DNA from: Octopus sinensis
Taxonomy: Eukaryota
Assembly: GCF_006345805.1 (NCBI RefSeq)
Contig: NC_042999.1
Span: forward strand, 109,554,001 to 109,618,000
Direction of reading: 5' to 3'
DNA length: 64,000 nt
Below are positions 36,988-51,154 of this stretch, piece by piece. Position 1 is the stretch's first letter. The number at the start of each line of letters is the position of its first letter. The position numbers were made by a program, and so were the translations under genes. The notes below the pieces were generated by a model that searched no databases, had not been told where the DNA came from, and saw only the letters and a program-made list of their open reading frames with translations.

Positions 36988-39573
36988 TGGCTATTTGTGA
37001 CACCAGTCCCTGGATAGACACAGAGATTCTATATACCAGTGATGGGGAAATTGGCTGCTATGTCTAGCTGGACGTCTGTCATTGACAAGTCCGAGGAAGG
37101 GTCAAATCACATGATATGGCAGTTCTGGCAGTCATAACAAGGTTATTGCCTGACAGTGTTATAAACAGGGGTCCCTTTATGCACCACAAGTCATTATAAG
37201 AGGTTGTCTCCTGGTAAATAATGCAGTATTCTGTGTTCTAACACAACAACCACTTTAAGTGGGTGATTTCGTATTAATATGGCTTCTGTTACTATTAATT
37301 ATTTTATAAATAAAAAATTTTTACATCTGGAGTAACACATGAAATTAAAAACACTTTCTGAGATAATCTCATCTCAGACAGATTTTCTACATCCTCAGTA
37401 ATTGTTCTAATTCAGTTCTGTGTATCAAGCTAACATTCAAACATTCATTGGCTGGTAATCATTTTGAAAATTTAAGATGAACTTCAAAAACACGCTGAAT
37501 AAATAACAGGAACCAAGGACTCTTGCTGTGAATATTCTTACAGCAAGGAATGCTAGCCACATTTCATTTAAATTACACCTTATTTTTTTCTTAAAGGAAT
37601 TGCACATTGAATAATATAGTCCTAAATACACTATGTCTATGAAAGAGTTAGCATTGTCAAAGCTGTAACCTCTTTGAATGTAGGTTTGTACATTCAGGGT
37701 TAGACTAAATAACAAGCAGGCTTTTATACCATCTTAGTGTCATCATTGGTCTTAAGATTTTTGGTCCCAGTATCTTGTTCATACACATTGCATCTATAAT
37801 TTAATAATTACATTTCATGTCAACTTCCTTCATTATTATTCCTTGTCTCTTTCCTACAACCAAGAATATGCTACTCACTTTTTGTATTTTATAGCCTGCT
37901 GTAATTTCAATAAACAACACATTTTCCTTACTTATTCTCTCTAGGGGCACATTTTCTGTACACCATCTGTTCTTTCATGACTTGAAATGAAAACAAATAT
38001 ATAATTTGGTGACAAGCTATTTTGGTTAGATACAAAGTAAGCAATACAAACAGGTCAAAGTAAAAACATAATGTAGTATATGGTAAAATATTTAAAAGCC
38101 ATTTTTTTTCACATTTTGTACGAAACATTTGGAAATATTTTGTTTTGAAGTAGATGATAATGTATGATATATTTGTCTAATTACTTTAAATTTATATGCA
38201 AACAGGGATGTTTTCTAGAACTTTTCTTTGGAATAGTTGATGTATTTTATAAGTTGCAAAACTTTGCCAACTTGATAATAACTAAAGTAATCTTTCCAAA
38301 TTGAAAAGAAAATTCCAACTTGTATGGTTTCCAGATAGTACTTTGCTTCTGTTTCCACAGACAAGGTTTATACAAATGTTCTTATCATTTATCTAAGCAT
38401 AGGTTCATTAATCAGTAGTAGTTAATATTTTTACTTAATTTGATTAATTAGCTACCATTTAAAATATTACATACATTAGTGGGTTTTTTTTTTTACTTTT
38501 TTAACTAATTAAAAGTCTCATTGTTATTAGTGTTTTGTAAAATTTCTATTAGTGTTTTGTTGTTTTAAAACTGGAAATAATTAAGCAATAAGGATAATGA
38601 ATAAATATTTGTTTATTTTCTGCATATAAGTCAGTGACAAAATGTAGAAACAGACATACAAAATAAAACTGCTATAATTGAAATCTCAAGAGTTAGTATA
38701 AACTACTGATTTTCATTACCACAAAAATATTTGCCAAGAAAAGGAAGCAAGCATTTATCAAAACAATATTCTACAACAGATATTTTTTTTACACTCCATC
38801 TCATCAAAGACCTTTACAAACTACTACTACATAAAAGTCAACTGTAATCCTCATCCCAACCCTAATAATTTATCAACAAAGTAATTTTACATCCTAAAAT
38901 TGAAAACTTACCTTCAAAGTCATTTTCTAGTGTGGAACTGTTGAAATATTTGGGTGTGTTCAAATTAATTTCAATTCAATGAAGTATTTAGATTATCAAT
39001 ATGGCTTCAGAAACACTTTTCATATTAAATCACAAAAATTTATCTCTGTTTGATATCAACAACTTAATAGAAAATGTTAAATTAATAACTGTTTTTACTG
39101 GATTATTGATACTTTCTTTAGAGCCATCATAAAATTTAATTATTCTGCTAAAGTATTAATCTTGAAAATTACGAATATTTTTTTCCCCAAATGCCATTGG
39201 ATTTGAATATTCTAAAAATTTTGATAACTTAGAATTTACCAGTGAACTCTTAGTGTTTTCTTTTATTTTTATAAACTAAAGATTTCTATATTTTTCCCAC
39301 TAATTTGTGAAAAGTTTTATTCTGTGTTGATCCTGTATCTAGGTCATTTGCTTTGGCCAATGATTAATAAAGTATTGAAATATCTATCAGAAGGAAAGAA
39401 GCCATTTAACAAAAATATATTTCACTTTTCATTGCATTAGTATACAATGACTATAAAAGGAATTCAATTGATACAAATTATTTATGGTGTTGTTTGAGAT
39501 ATATATACCATCTCTCTCTTTTTCCCACTTATGTAGCACATGGTTGGTTGCTTTATTGTGTGTGTGTGCACAT

Positions 39574-39612
<39 letters not shown>

Positions 39613-41199
39613 TGGTGAAAGTTATCTTTATTTATTCTTCATCTGTTCAACTTCACAACTAGTGTATAGTTGACTATGCTTTACAAATTTATCTCACTAC
39701 CACAATGTTCTGGGTTCAATTCCATTATGTGGTACCTTGTATTATAGCCTAGGGTTGACCAACCCTTATGAATAGAATTTTATAGTCAGAAACTGTATAT
39801 CCATCCACTTTCTGGCTTCATAGTTCAGCACAGGTATCTTTTATACATAGAGTATTTATAATATATTAATAACAATACCTCATGGATGAAAATTTTATTT
39901 TGTTATTTATGCATTGCTATATATGTTTTGGCATGACATGTATTTTTACGGGCCTATTCACCACATCAATATGATATTATTAAATGTTATAATATCCATG
40001 GACCCTATAGGAGTCCATTAATTCGACATGAATACTCCTTCAGGCAATTTTTGCATATTGTATGTATGTGTGCATCTTTCATTGATGTCTATTGATAAAA
40101 AATGTAAACATCAGTGAAAATTTAGTGTAACAAGGTCCACTGCAATGAATTATAGAATCTCTGCAATTACTCTTGTCCACAAAAATGCAGAATTAAAGAC
40201 TGGTTCATTGGACACATATTACCATTAATGTTATTTTTCAGTATTTTGTGATATAAGATAACATGTTAAAACATTAACTTGTATGCTACTATATGTAAAA
40301 CGGTTTACTGCTCTAAACATATAAAAACTAAAAGGATTTGCTTCAAATAGAATATTTAAACTTTAAGCAATATTAAATATTTGATTTTCATCTAGATTTT
40401 CCTTTTGTGCACATAGAAAATCCTCTAAACTTTTATCAGAATGCATAAACTGGTATATATAAATTTTAGGAAAACATAATTCAATTACAAAATATTTTTC
40501 TAAGTAATTAATTTTTTAATTCCTCTTCATTAAAGAAAGATTACAATGTAATTACATTTACTGTTAACCAGTTCAAAAACAGGTATCTGCTAAGCAATTC
40601 TTTCAGATTAAGAAAATTTGAAGAAAATACCTAAATCTTCCAATCTATTAAATTTTCTCTGTGTATATACCTGGACAATTCATTAAGATGGTTATGTTTG
40701 GCTCTGTGACACTTGGTTATCATGTTGTAGGTATAATATGAATTATCTGATTTGCTGGCCTATGATGTAAAATAACAACCTTATATTTACTAATATAAGC
40801 AAGGTTGTTTCTTGCAAGGACATATCTATAACAAACTTAATAATACTCTTCTCTTAACAAATATATATATATGATTGACTACAAAGAGAAATTCATATAC
40901 ATACATATTTGCTATATTATACATATATACACATATATAAGCTGGACTTTTATTACCTCCCTTGTGTCTCCAAGCAATCTACAAGCTCTGAGCACATGGT
41001 CTATTCTGTTTAAAAATCAGGATGCTGATACATGAGAAATCACGAGAAAAAACAAGAAGGCTGATGAAAAAAGTGGATGGGGGAATATAAATAGAAACGA
41101 ACATAAAACAAAGAAAATTAGATTTACGTCCCCTTTGACGATAAAAGCCATAATTAAGCTAGTCCTTGTAGAATAATTCAGCAGAGAGGGGTCCAAAGT

Positions 41200-41418
41200 T
41201 TGTTAAGTGATCGTAGAGGTGGGGGACAAACACAGACACACACATACACATATACAATGGGTTTCTTTCTGTTCCCGTCCACCAAATTCACTCACAAGGC
41301 TTTGGTTGGCCTGAAGTTATAGTAGAAGACACTTGCCCAAGGTGCCACACAGTGGGACTGAACCCAGAACCATGTGGTTGGGATGCAAGCTTCCTACCAC
41401 ACAATCATGCCTGCACCT
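41200..41418 (-). mobile_element. SINE family A (partial)
   Basis: Head and core motifs present. Confidence 0.85.
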
Positions 41419-41456
41419 ATATATATATATGTGTGTATGTGTATGTGTGTGTGTGT

Positions 41457-41501
<45 letters not shown>

Positions 41502-42974
41502 ATATTTATTTATTTATTTATATAGCATAAAGTACACATGTATAACATGTTATGTATAATATTTAATACATATACATAAATAGACAGATAGATTGATGAT
41601 GATGTGTGTATGTATGTATGTATGTATGTATATTTATGTATATCAAATTAAAAGAGGAAAATTTTTTATTACTAAGGAAATTGAATAAAAGATTAGATCT
41701 GAAATTGGAGTCTTTCCATTTGCATTCTTTCACTTTAACATATTTGAATAACTAGCATTATTTATTTATTTAATTGCTTCAACCTAACCAATAGGGCATA
41801 ACATCACAATTTAACTAATATAATTTTTGATATATAAGATCACATTTTTATTTTCTTTTGGAAAATGGTTTAGTTTTTCCTATATTTCAAAACTATTCAT
41901 TTAAGGAACTAGGAATGAAAGCTACATGAATAACAAATTAAAAACTAATTTACTATTATTGAGTACCCACATGGAAAAATTCAGAAGTATATATCAAAGA
42001 AATCGTGAAATTACATAATCAATAGAATAATTTTTAAAAAATTAATTTGGTTATCTTTAATAATTTTCAAAATATTTTTTTTTTACCAGTCTCTGCTTGC
42101 TAACCTCTTATAAATAGTATTCTAATTTATTTTAAAATATACTGATACATTTTCTGATTTGTTTCTATATTTTTAATCACTAATTTATTACTAAATAGAT
42201 TATAAGAAAGAAAGAGAGAAAGAATGAAAGAAAAAAAGAAAGAATGAGTAATTATTTTCTACTAATTCAATTCATTAAAGTTCATATCAAAATTCATCGT
42301 TTAAATAAGATAGAAATAATCAGTAAGAGACTAAAATGATGTTTTATCTTCTTCTTTTTTCACAGTTAAGTAAAGAACTACTACTATATCTACTTCAGTG
42401 TTCCATTTATTCCCTGTATACAAGATTAGGTCATCATAAAGACCAACTTGACATGACTGTATGATCTACTGCTGTTGAGGCATTTCAGATCATAGTTACT
42501 TTAGTATTTCATTGTCGTTTAGTTATGTACTGAACACCGTTTTTGATTTGGTCACCGACATTCTTTATGTACTGCAAGTACCTAAATTAGGTTGAGTCCC
42601 CATCATCCTGACAGGTTCTTGGTCAAACCTGTGGCAGTGGAGACTCCTAGCATTCTTGGTCCCTGGACCATATCTTTGCTCACCACTATCTAGGCAGAGA
42701 TGGCTGTCTGCAAGAGTGAGCCTTGTGAGTCAGAGTGGCTGTTCCAGTGCATCTCACTTGCCTTCCTCCAGGGCAACACCTTTCCAATTTTGTGTGCTGG
42801 GGCCATGAGGTAGTCTGACTTACATGAAATTATACATTTCACTCTTCAATGTTAAGTCAAGTGAGGTTAGGGAGATAAATAGCAGCAATGTACATATGTA
42901 GGGGTATATGCTCATGTGGGGAGTGTGATAGTATTGTAGAAGACAGAAAGAATCAGATGAAGGCACAATAAAAG

Positions 42975-43047
<73 letters not shown>

Positions 43048-43049
<2 letters not shown>

Positions 43050-43149
43050 TCATCATCATCGTTTAACGTCCGCTTTCCATGCTAGCTTGGGTTGGACGAT
43101 TTTGACTGAAGGCTGGCGAACCAGATGGTTGCACCAGGCTCCAATCTTG
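43048..43149 (-). mobile_element. RTE 3' terminal fragment abutting (TA)n
   Basis: catcatcgtttaacgtccgctttccatgctagc, the reverse complement of the RTE tail. Confidence 0.85.
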
Positions 43150-43303
43150 TTATCTATATATAAAATTGTGATGAACCATAACCTTAGATCCTGTCATAAG
43201 AATACTTGGAGGTCTTCACTAATCTAAACAATATTCTTAGTCTGGTGTACCAACAGAGAGCTTATGAAGTGCTTTGCCTGGATTGATAATCCCTTACTAT
43301 TAG

Positions 43304-43375
<72 letters not shown>

Positions 43376-43454
43376 TATATATATATATATATTTAAATAT
43401 ATATATAGCTATATTGTATATATATATATATTATATATATATATAACTATATAT

Positions 43455-43507
<53 letters not shown>

Positions 43508-43508
43508 T

Positions 43509-43546
<38 letters not shown>

Positions 43547-43876
43547 AAACTAGGAAAGAGAATAAATTTCAAAGGTCAGTTTTCATATTCACTCAATATA
43601 TTTTAAAATATGCAGATGGTGAATGTATAGCGGTAATCCAAATAGATGAGAAAGTTGGTATAAAACATATAAACTTTACCTTACTATGATTTCCTGAATA
43701 TTCATGATTTCAGTTATTTCACTCGAAAAGACAATTAGACAGATCTCCATCCACAATTATACCACACCAAAAAAAAAGAAAGAAAGAAAGAAAAATTCAC
43801 CAGAAAGAAATTATTAATTAAAGCACTGAGGGGTTGTTTTGAACTGCATGAGAAAATCAAAAATTACCAGTTGTAG

Positions 43877-43953
<77 letters not shown>

Positions 43954-43956
<3 letters not shown>

Positions 43957-44540
43957 TTAAAATGAGGGTGAGAAATTGGATATTAATTTAATTAACATCA
44001 ATTTCTCACCAGTGGCCTGGCATATAAAAATCTGAAGGTTCAGTAAATTGTATTATATACATATGAGAGGGATGGCCTCTATGTGAACAACCCTTATGCT
44101 AGAAGTAGATCCACTATGGTCTTATCACTAAGAAATGTTCTCAAGAAAAATTTAACAAACACCAGAATGTAAGCAAGCAAGAGAAATGAAAAGCAACAAA
44201 AATATAGATTATTCACATACATGTTTCACTATTAACAGATTACATAATTTTACTTACGCAATTTGTCCATAGATCTTCGGTGTGACTGTCCATACAAATA
44301 TAATTTGCAGAACTATATACTAGGACACCCACACAAAATCTGGCTTATATATAGTTCTACCTATTACACTCATGGTTACAATCTATATTTTTGTTACTTT
44401 TCATTTGTCTTGCTTGCTTACATTTTGGTGTTTGCTGAATTTTTCTTGAGAACATTCTTAGTGGTAAGACCATAGCAGATCTACTTCTAACATAAGGGTT
44501 GTCCACATAGTGGTCATCTCTCACATATGTATACAATACA
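43954..44540. mobile_element. Diverged member of the hammerhead fold-back family
   Basis: Starts agggtgaga.aatt.gata.taatttaat..cacc.agtggcct like the 534-bp unit; inverted arms 44048-44210 / 44380-44540; (TA)n on both flanks. Confidence 0.8.
44207..44290 (-). ncRNA. Degenerate hammerhead ribozyme
   Basis: Reverse complement: gacagtcaca CCGAAGA tcta..tagt GAAA catg TA tgtgaataatc. Confidence 0.7.
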
Positions 44541-44542
44541 TA

Positions 44543-44574
<32 letters not shown>

Positions 44575-46785
44575 AAACCCCTCAGTTCTTTAATTAATAA
44601 TTTCTTCCAGGTGTTTTTTTCCTTTCTTTGCTTTTTCTTTTGTTTTTTGTTTTTTGGTGGTATAGTTGTGAGTGGAGATCTGTCTAATTGTCATTTTGAG
44701 TAAAATAGCTGAAATCACGAATATTCAGTAAACCAAAGTAAGGTAAAGTTTATACAATATTCCAAATTCACTTTCCTGGCAAACAGATTATGATCAAAGT
44801 CAAGCAAACTGTATATATAAGCTTTAGATTTACATTCTCTGTGTCATAAAACTCTATCAACACAGTTATAACAAATATATCTGACATTTAAATACATATC
44901 AGTCCTGCCATATCAACTATATGAACAGAAAAACATAAATTTCAAAATAAATAATTTAAATTCAATAAAAACAATGGTTTAAAGAATTTGTGAGTATAAG
45001 CAGGTTATTTATTTAGTTTTATCATTTTTCATGTAAGGGAGGATTGAGGATGTAAGAATTATTCATCGAAAATTTTTTTTATTTTATTCAAACTTACTGT
45101 TTTATGTGACTTACAATGTCATATTGTTTATACATTTAATACATTGCAGGAACTGTGAACATTTTGCATTTTATAAATATTTTAACTTTCATTTTGATGT
45201 ATAAATTTATATATCTTTATAAGAGTTTCTCATGATATTAAAGATTGACACGATACTCTGAAATTTGTTGTTTTACATTCTGAGGGGCTATGATTTTCTA
45301 TACATTAGGTATTTCAACATTTGGTGCCTTGTTTGTTATTGTTGTTGTTGCCTAGTGCGAAGGCAACCATGATCAAATTTTTTGAACAATAAATATGCCA
45401 GCTCTTTTCTAGGACTAATCTATCCAGAATGTCCTAACATTTTAAAGACTATGCCTGAAAAAAAGTCAGGAGAGTCATAGCTGGAATGCTTAATCAGAGC
45501 TGACTTAGAAATACACAACAATATCAAAGAAGGCACCTAATATTTAGATATCCAGTAATAACTGACAAGGGCATGTGTAAAAGTGGTGAAATCTGATCTC
45601 AGGTTACTAAGTCATGAGTGACGGCTACAAGGGGTGTTACATTGCATAGGAGAAAATCTGCCTCATCTTTGCATGCAGAGAAAAAGCAGAGCTAAAGTAA
45701 TGATGATGATGATGATGATGATGATGCAATGCTGATGCAATGATGTAGAGTGTGGTTGAGGGATTTATATTAGAAGTGTCTTCTTCGACTTGCCATCTTG
45801 TATGCATTGATGAAGGATAAGAGTGAGAAGAAATTAATTCGTTTTTGAAACAAATTCTTAATCCATAAGTTACTTAAAACATTTAGAGATACATTTCTAT
45901 AATTTTAGTAAAAATTAGATCTGAAAAACACTATTTTTTAAACAGTACAATACTTCTATAAGCATTTCTGGCTAAAATGTCAAATATATTGAAAAACTCA
46001 ACTGTTTCTGAGCACAACTATAATATTTAGTAACTTTGCATCTATTCAACATTTTCTTAGAATGTATAACAGATAGCTTTGATATCATTCTAAATAAAGA
46101 ACTCGTGTCTTCTTCAGCAGAAACTGTGAGTGAATGCATGTTATTTTTCATTCATATTATTCAGAAGAAATAGCTAGAGTATGATGGCATTTTCCTTTTA
46201 ATTTAATGAAAAATAAAAGTGTCACGGTTCTTGAGCACCAGAGAATTTATTAGTTATTAGTCTTTGGAGAGCCTTGCCTTTAATGATAAATCCATCTCAT
46301 TGGAATATTTTTACCAAACGTGGATAAAATATAGTTGATATACAACTTTTAACTAATAGGTTGCAACATTTTTGCCATTTATATCTGCCAAGAGAAAGGA
46401 TAATTGGCCCTTTAAAAATCGATATTTTTAAAATGATGTATTTCCTATGGTTATATATTTCAAATATCTCTCTCTATATATTTATTATTACCAAAGTGCA
46501 AAATGCCTGTGGTGTTGTTCTGCTTCTCAAATAAACTAAAAACAGTTTCTGTTTTTTTTAATTAGGAAATATTACTGCTTATTGTCAATAGGAGGAAACA
46601 TGAAAATCGGTAAAATTGCTGTTGCTGGCAAATTCTAAAATTACTTGAATTTTTTAATTACTTTCCTGATCTCTCTGAAGAATGTGTTTACATTTTCTGA
46701 TTCCAAAACGCTAAAATGATAAGTGAGTGATGTTTCATTATGTAGATCTCTGTACTATATTCCTTGGATCTGTTTTTCTTAGATT

Positions 46786-46967
46786 CATCATCATCATCAT
46801 CGTTTAACGTCTGCTTTCTATGCTAGCATGGATTGGACGATTTGACTGAGGTCTGGCAAACCAGATGGCTGCACTAGATTTCAATCTGATCTGGCAGAGT
46901 TTCTACAGCTGGATACCCTTCCTAATGCCAACCACTCCGAGAGTGTAGTGGGTGCTTTTACGTGCCA
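46786..46967 (-). mobile_element. RTE 3' terminal fragment
   Basis: Reverse complement of 28735-28915. Confidence 0.88.
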
Positions 46968-47304
46968 ATTATTAGTATTAATTCCATGTACCTACAGATG
47001 CAGAAGGAATTTTTCATACTTCCTCTGTAAAAAAAATTAAATTAAATTAAATGAATCTAATGATGCTCTTTTTGTATCATACTTGAAGGGGAATGAAACT
47101 TCATTAGTTTTAGAGTAAAGTAAATACTTGAAAGTGATTTAACTTCAATCAACTGATATGAAAGAAATGTGTAGGCTACCTGATGCAAAGAAATAATTAA
47201 ACAAAGGAAATCTTAGAATATTTGGTGATAGGTATAGACTTTTTGAATATATATCAGTATATAAATATCTGGGTATATTGTCAATAAAGACCAATAACTT
47301 AAAT

Positions 47305-47522
47305 AATCCTTCCTACTATAGGCACAAGGCCTGAAATTTGTGGGGAGGGGTTAAGTCGATTACATCGACTCCAGTACTCAACTGGTATTTAATTTATCAG
47401 CTCCAAAAGGATTAAAAACAAAGTCAACCTCAGCAGAATTTGAACTCAAAATGTAGCTGTACACAAAATACCACTAAACAATTCACCCTGCATGCTAACG
47501 ATTCTGCCACCTCGCCACCTTC
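47305..47522 (-). mobile_element. SINE family B
   Basis: Full family B motifs. Confidence 0.88.
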
Positions 47523-47555
47523 AAACTCATAAATAATGTTTCAAAGCCATTAATG

Positions 47556-47853
47556 CAGAAGTTCTCAACTATTTTTTTTATCAATGGACCCATTTGATTA
47601 CTATTATATTCTGGTGGACCTTCATAGGCAGTCAATGTTTAAAAACTACTGTTTTTGTTTTTGCACATTAACTTGGGTAGGTTGAACTTTGTGAAGTGTT
47701 AGAAATAGAAATCTAGCTGTTTCTTGCAATACATACAACTGTAGCAAAATTTTTTCAGGGGCCCTTGAAGCATTATTGTGGATCCCCAATTTACTATTTT
47801 GTTGCATAAACCCCCCAAAAATTGTATTTGGGCCCTCAGGTTGAGAATTACTG
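47556..47853. mobile_element. hAT-type MITE
   Basis: TIRs CAGAAGTTCTCAAC / GTTGAGAATTACTG; 8-bp TSD CATTAATG/CACTAATG; the right end is locally duplicated (30-bp period) to ~47895. Confidence 0.75.
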
Positions 47854-47992
47854 CACTAATGTTACCCTGGTTGAGAATTACTGTACTAATGTTACTGAAT
47901 TAATAAACTAAGAACTGAAGCAACTTATCAGTTGACCTGTAAATCTTAGTCATACTAGTTGCCATTTTAACATATTCTTTTTATGCTTTATT

Positions 47993-48220
47993 AAGGCAGT
48001 GAGCTGGTAGAAACCAGCCGGGCAAAATGTATAATGGTATTTCGTCTGTCTTTATGTTCTGAGTTCAAATTCCGCCAAGGTCGACTTTGCCTTTCATCCT
48101 TTCGGGGTCAATTAAATGAGTACCAGTTACGCACTGGGGTCGATGTAATCGACTTAATCTCTTTGTCTGTCCTTGTTTGTTCCCTCTATGTTTAACCTCT
48201 TGTGAGCAATAAAGAGATTA
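47993..48220 (+). mobile_element. SINE family B (variant tail) with TSD
   Basis: ATATTCTTTTTATGCT at 47972-47987 and 48221-48236. Confidence 0.88.
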
Positions 48221-49174
48221 ATATTCTTTTTATGCTGGCATAAGTTGAACAAGGTTTGTTATACATTTTTTCCAAGACTCTGGGATTTTCTCTCTCTGTT
48301 AAAAACCAGGAGCCTTCATCCTCGTAATTTCATATATCATTGTCAAAGTCTGCAAGCATTCCCGTGTAGACATCCTGATGTTTTCTGATATCATCATTGG
48401 AATCTACAGCTCCAATAAGTTTGTTCCAAATTTTCTGGAATAAATAGAAATCATAGAATCTTTTGCATGGAATATCCAGACATCTACTTACTATTCTGCT
48501 GAGTATACACCCACACATGTATCTTAATTGTCAACTCCTCACCAAAGAACTTGGATTTACACTCTATACCTATGTGTTTGGCTGGAGCCTATTTCTATCT
48601 TGTATGCAGCACACATTCACTGTCTTCTGATATCAAACATCTCAATGAATTCATCACATCTTTCACTCTGCCAGCGTTAAATGCCAAGTTTAAAATTAAA
48701 GACCAAAAGTAACAACAACTACTACTAATAATAATCCTTTCTACTAAAGGCACAAGGATGTGAGGATTTGCCTTCAATATAATTTATGGTACCATTTTTT
48801 TGGTGTATTTGGGTTACAATTTAGAATGACCATGAGTTTCCTTAATTTGTCCAGTTCCCTAGACAAATTGCTTTAAAGAAGTTAATAAAGTTAGAGCCAA
48901 AATTAAGTGACCAGCTAGGTGGACAGGTCATATAATAAAGTAAAATCAAGATTGTATTTCAGGTTTGTTATTTGTTAGTTTAAATAAATTCTGACATGCT
49001 TTCAAAGAAGATAAAAACATGTTATTAGAACTATGGCAAAATTAAAATTAAAACTAGAATTAAGGATAATTTTCCTGATAATAAATTGTTTTGCTTCAAT
49101 AAAAAATTTGGCATTTTGTGAGACAGTAAAGAATTTATATAATGCTTAAATAAAATGGAAGAAAAATATATAAG

Positions 49175-50379
49175 TAGTATAGAAATATATATTCCAGGTT
49201 TCAAACCCAGCTGCTAATCATTTGCATGAGATATATTTCATCTAGAATTAATTATACATCTATTGTTGTTTGCATTAAGGTTTCATGGATCAGCTGGCAT
49301 AATCTTTACTTTTATTGTAAGTAATTTAGACAAAAACAAATTACTATTTTTTACTTCAATATTTGGAAATACAAGAAATCATTACAACAGCTTTTATTTT
49401 TTTCATTTTTTGATATTGAAGTACGGATTGTGGGATATAGATTTTAAAGTTTTATACACCTAATATTGACTAAAATATTAATGAATTGTTAGACTTATTG
49501 AAAACTTGAGAAACTTGATGAAAGCAATATGTGCCACTTTATTGAATTCTGATAACCTAAAGGTGACTTGTTAGACGATAATATTTTTTACCTATATTTA
49601 CTTATTTATTTGTAATTCCAAATGCCAGAAAATTCAATTCACACCCAATTTTTAATATACCATGAATGAAAATATTTATTCTTTAATTTGATGTAGAAAG
49701 TAACAAATGCTCAATTTTTAAGATCTTTGGTCAAAAACAAAAAGAGAAAAAAATCAAAAATGCAAAATACTTCAGTCAAATCTTTTTTAGTAACTAAATA
49801 ACTAAATAAGTTGTCTGTTGAGTGCATGCATCAATATTTATACAACATAAGGAATTTTGAGAACAGGAGCTACTTGGCAGAATCGCTAGCATCCCTGACA
49901 ACATGTTAAGCAGCATTTCGTCTGTCTGAGTTCAAATGTTGCTGAGGTCAACTTCACCTTCCATCCTTTTTGGGGTCAATAAAATAAGTACCAGTTAAAC
50001 ACTGGAGTTGATGTAATTGACTTTCCCTCTTTTCTCAAATTTCAGGTCTCATGCTTATAGTAGAAAAGATTATTACTGTTATTTTGCATCAGTATTAAAA
50101 ACCTTTCCTCTTTTTATATTATCATTCTTTGTTACTTCTTAAATCAACAAGGAAAATCTAATTATGGTAAAACCAGCAGATGATTCATGGTTTCAACAGC
50201 TCAATCCTTACAGAAATGATTTCACATCTTAACTATGTTTTATATTGGTTTCTCTGGTTAGCTTGAATCTAACATGGAATCTAATATGGAATAGATGTAT
50301 AATTACTACCAGACCAAATATATCCCATGTAAATGATTAGCAACCGGGTTTGAAACCTGGAATATATATTTCTATACTA
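49175..50379. mobile_element. Non-autonomous long-TIR DNA element containing a SINE B (49865-50072)
   Basis: TAGTATAGAAATATATATTCCAGGTTTCAAACCC..atatattt (49175-49238) is the reverse complement of 50316-50379. Confidence 0.7.
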
Positions 50380-50976
50380 TTTGTCAGGAACTCTTAGTTC
50401 CATCTTTATCTCTAATATTGGTGGAAATTAGACCAAGCTCTCCTTCTGCAATTGAATGTGGGTTGGTTGACTCTTTGGAAATATCTGGAACATTGGATAT
50501 TATGAAACTTTTTGTCAGTGATGTTTTGACTTGAATATTTAAAGGAAAAAGGATGAAAGAAAGAACTCATGTAGAAGGAAAGAACTTTGTTACATACAAG
50601 ATAAGGAGTAATGAAAGATAAGCTAGTGAGTATCTTAGTCTGCAAAGATATATTAATAACAGAGATTTCTGAACTAAAGAATGATGAGTAGTGGTATTTG
50701 GTAAAATTGGAACAGATCATTGCTTAATCACAAGAAGTCCTTTGTCATCATTATCATTTAAGGTCCATTTTCCATACTTGTTTGGTCCTTATGGATACTA
50801 TTAACTATGTAAACTCCAATGAAGGTTTATCACCATGAAAATCCATCTTACTAGTAATCATACTCAATAGGTTAATGACATTGGTTGAGATTGTATTAAG
50901 GAAATCAGAAGCAAATTAAAGCTTGTATGATAGTTTTATAACTATTGCAATGTCAGGACAAGGAAACAAAAATACA

Positions 50977-51154
50977 CATACATGCATACATACATACATA
51001 CATACATACATACATACATACATACATACATACATGCATGCATGCATGCATACATGCATACATACATACATACATACATACATACATACATACATACATA
51101 CATACATACATACATACATACATACATACATACATGCATGCATACATACATACA
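50977..51154. repeat. (CATA)n/(CATG)n microsatellite within a degenerate SINE A-like copy (~50945-51276, minus)
   Basis: Repeat seen directly; flanks resemble family A. Confidence 0.85.

Larger units (their letters stand above)
43668..44754. repeat. Outer inverted repeat pair (43668-43835 / 44576-44754)
   Basis: tataaactttaccttact..gacaattagacagatctcca..ctgaggggtt versus its reverse complement. Confidence 0.85.

Noticed and set aside
41105-41200. cccct/agggg stem with CTGCTGA and GTC on the minus strand
   Set aside because: No GAAA or stem III; too decayed to call.
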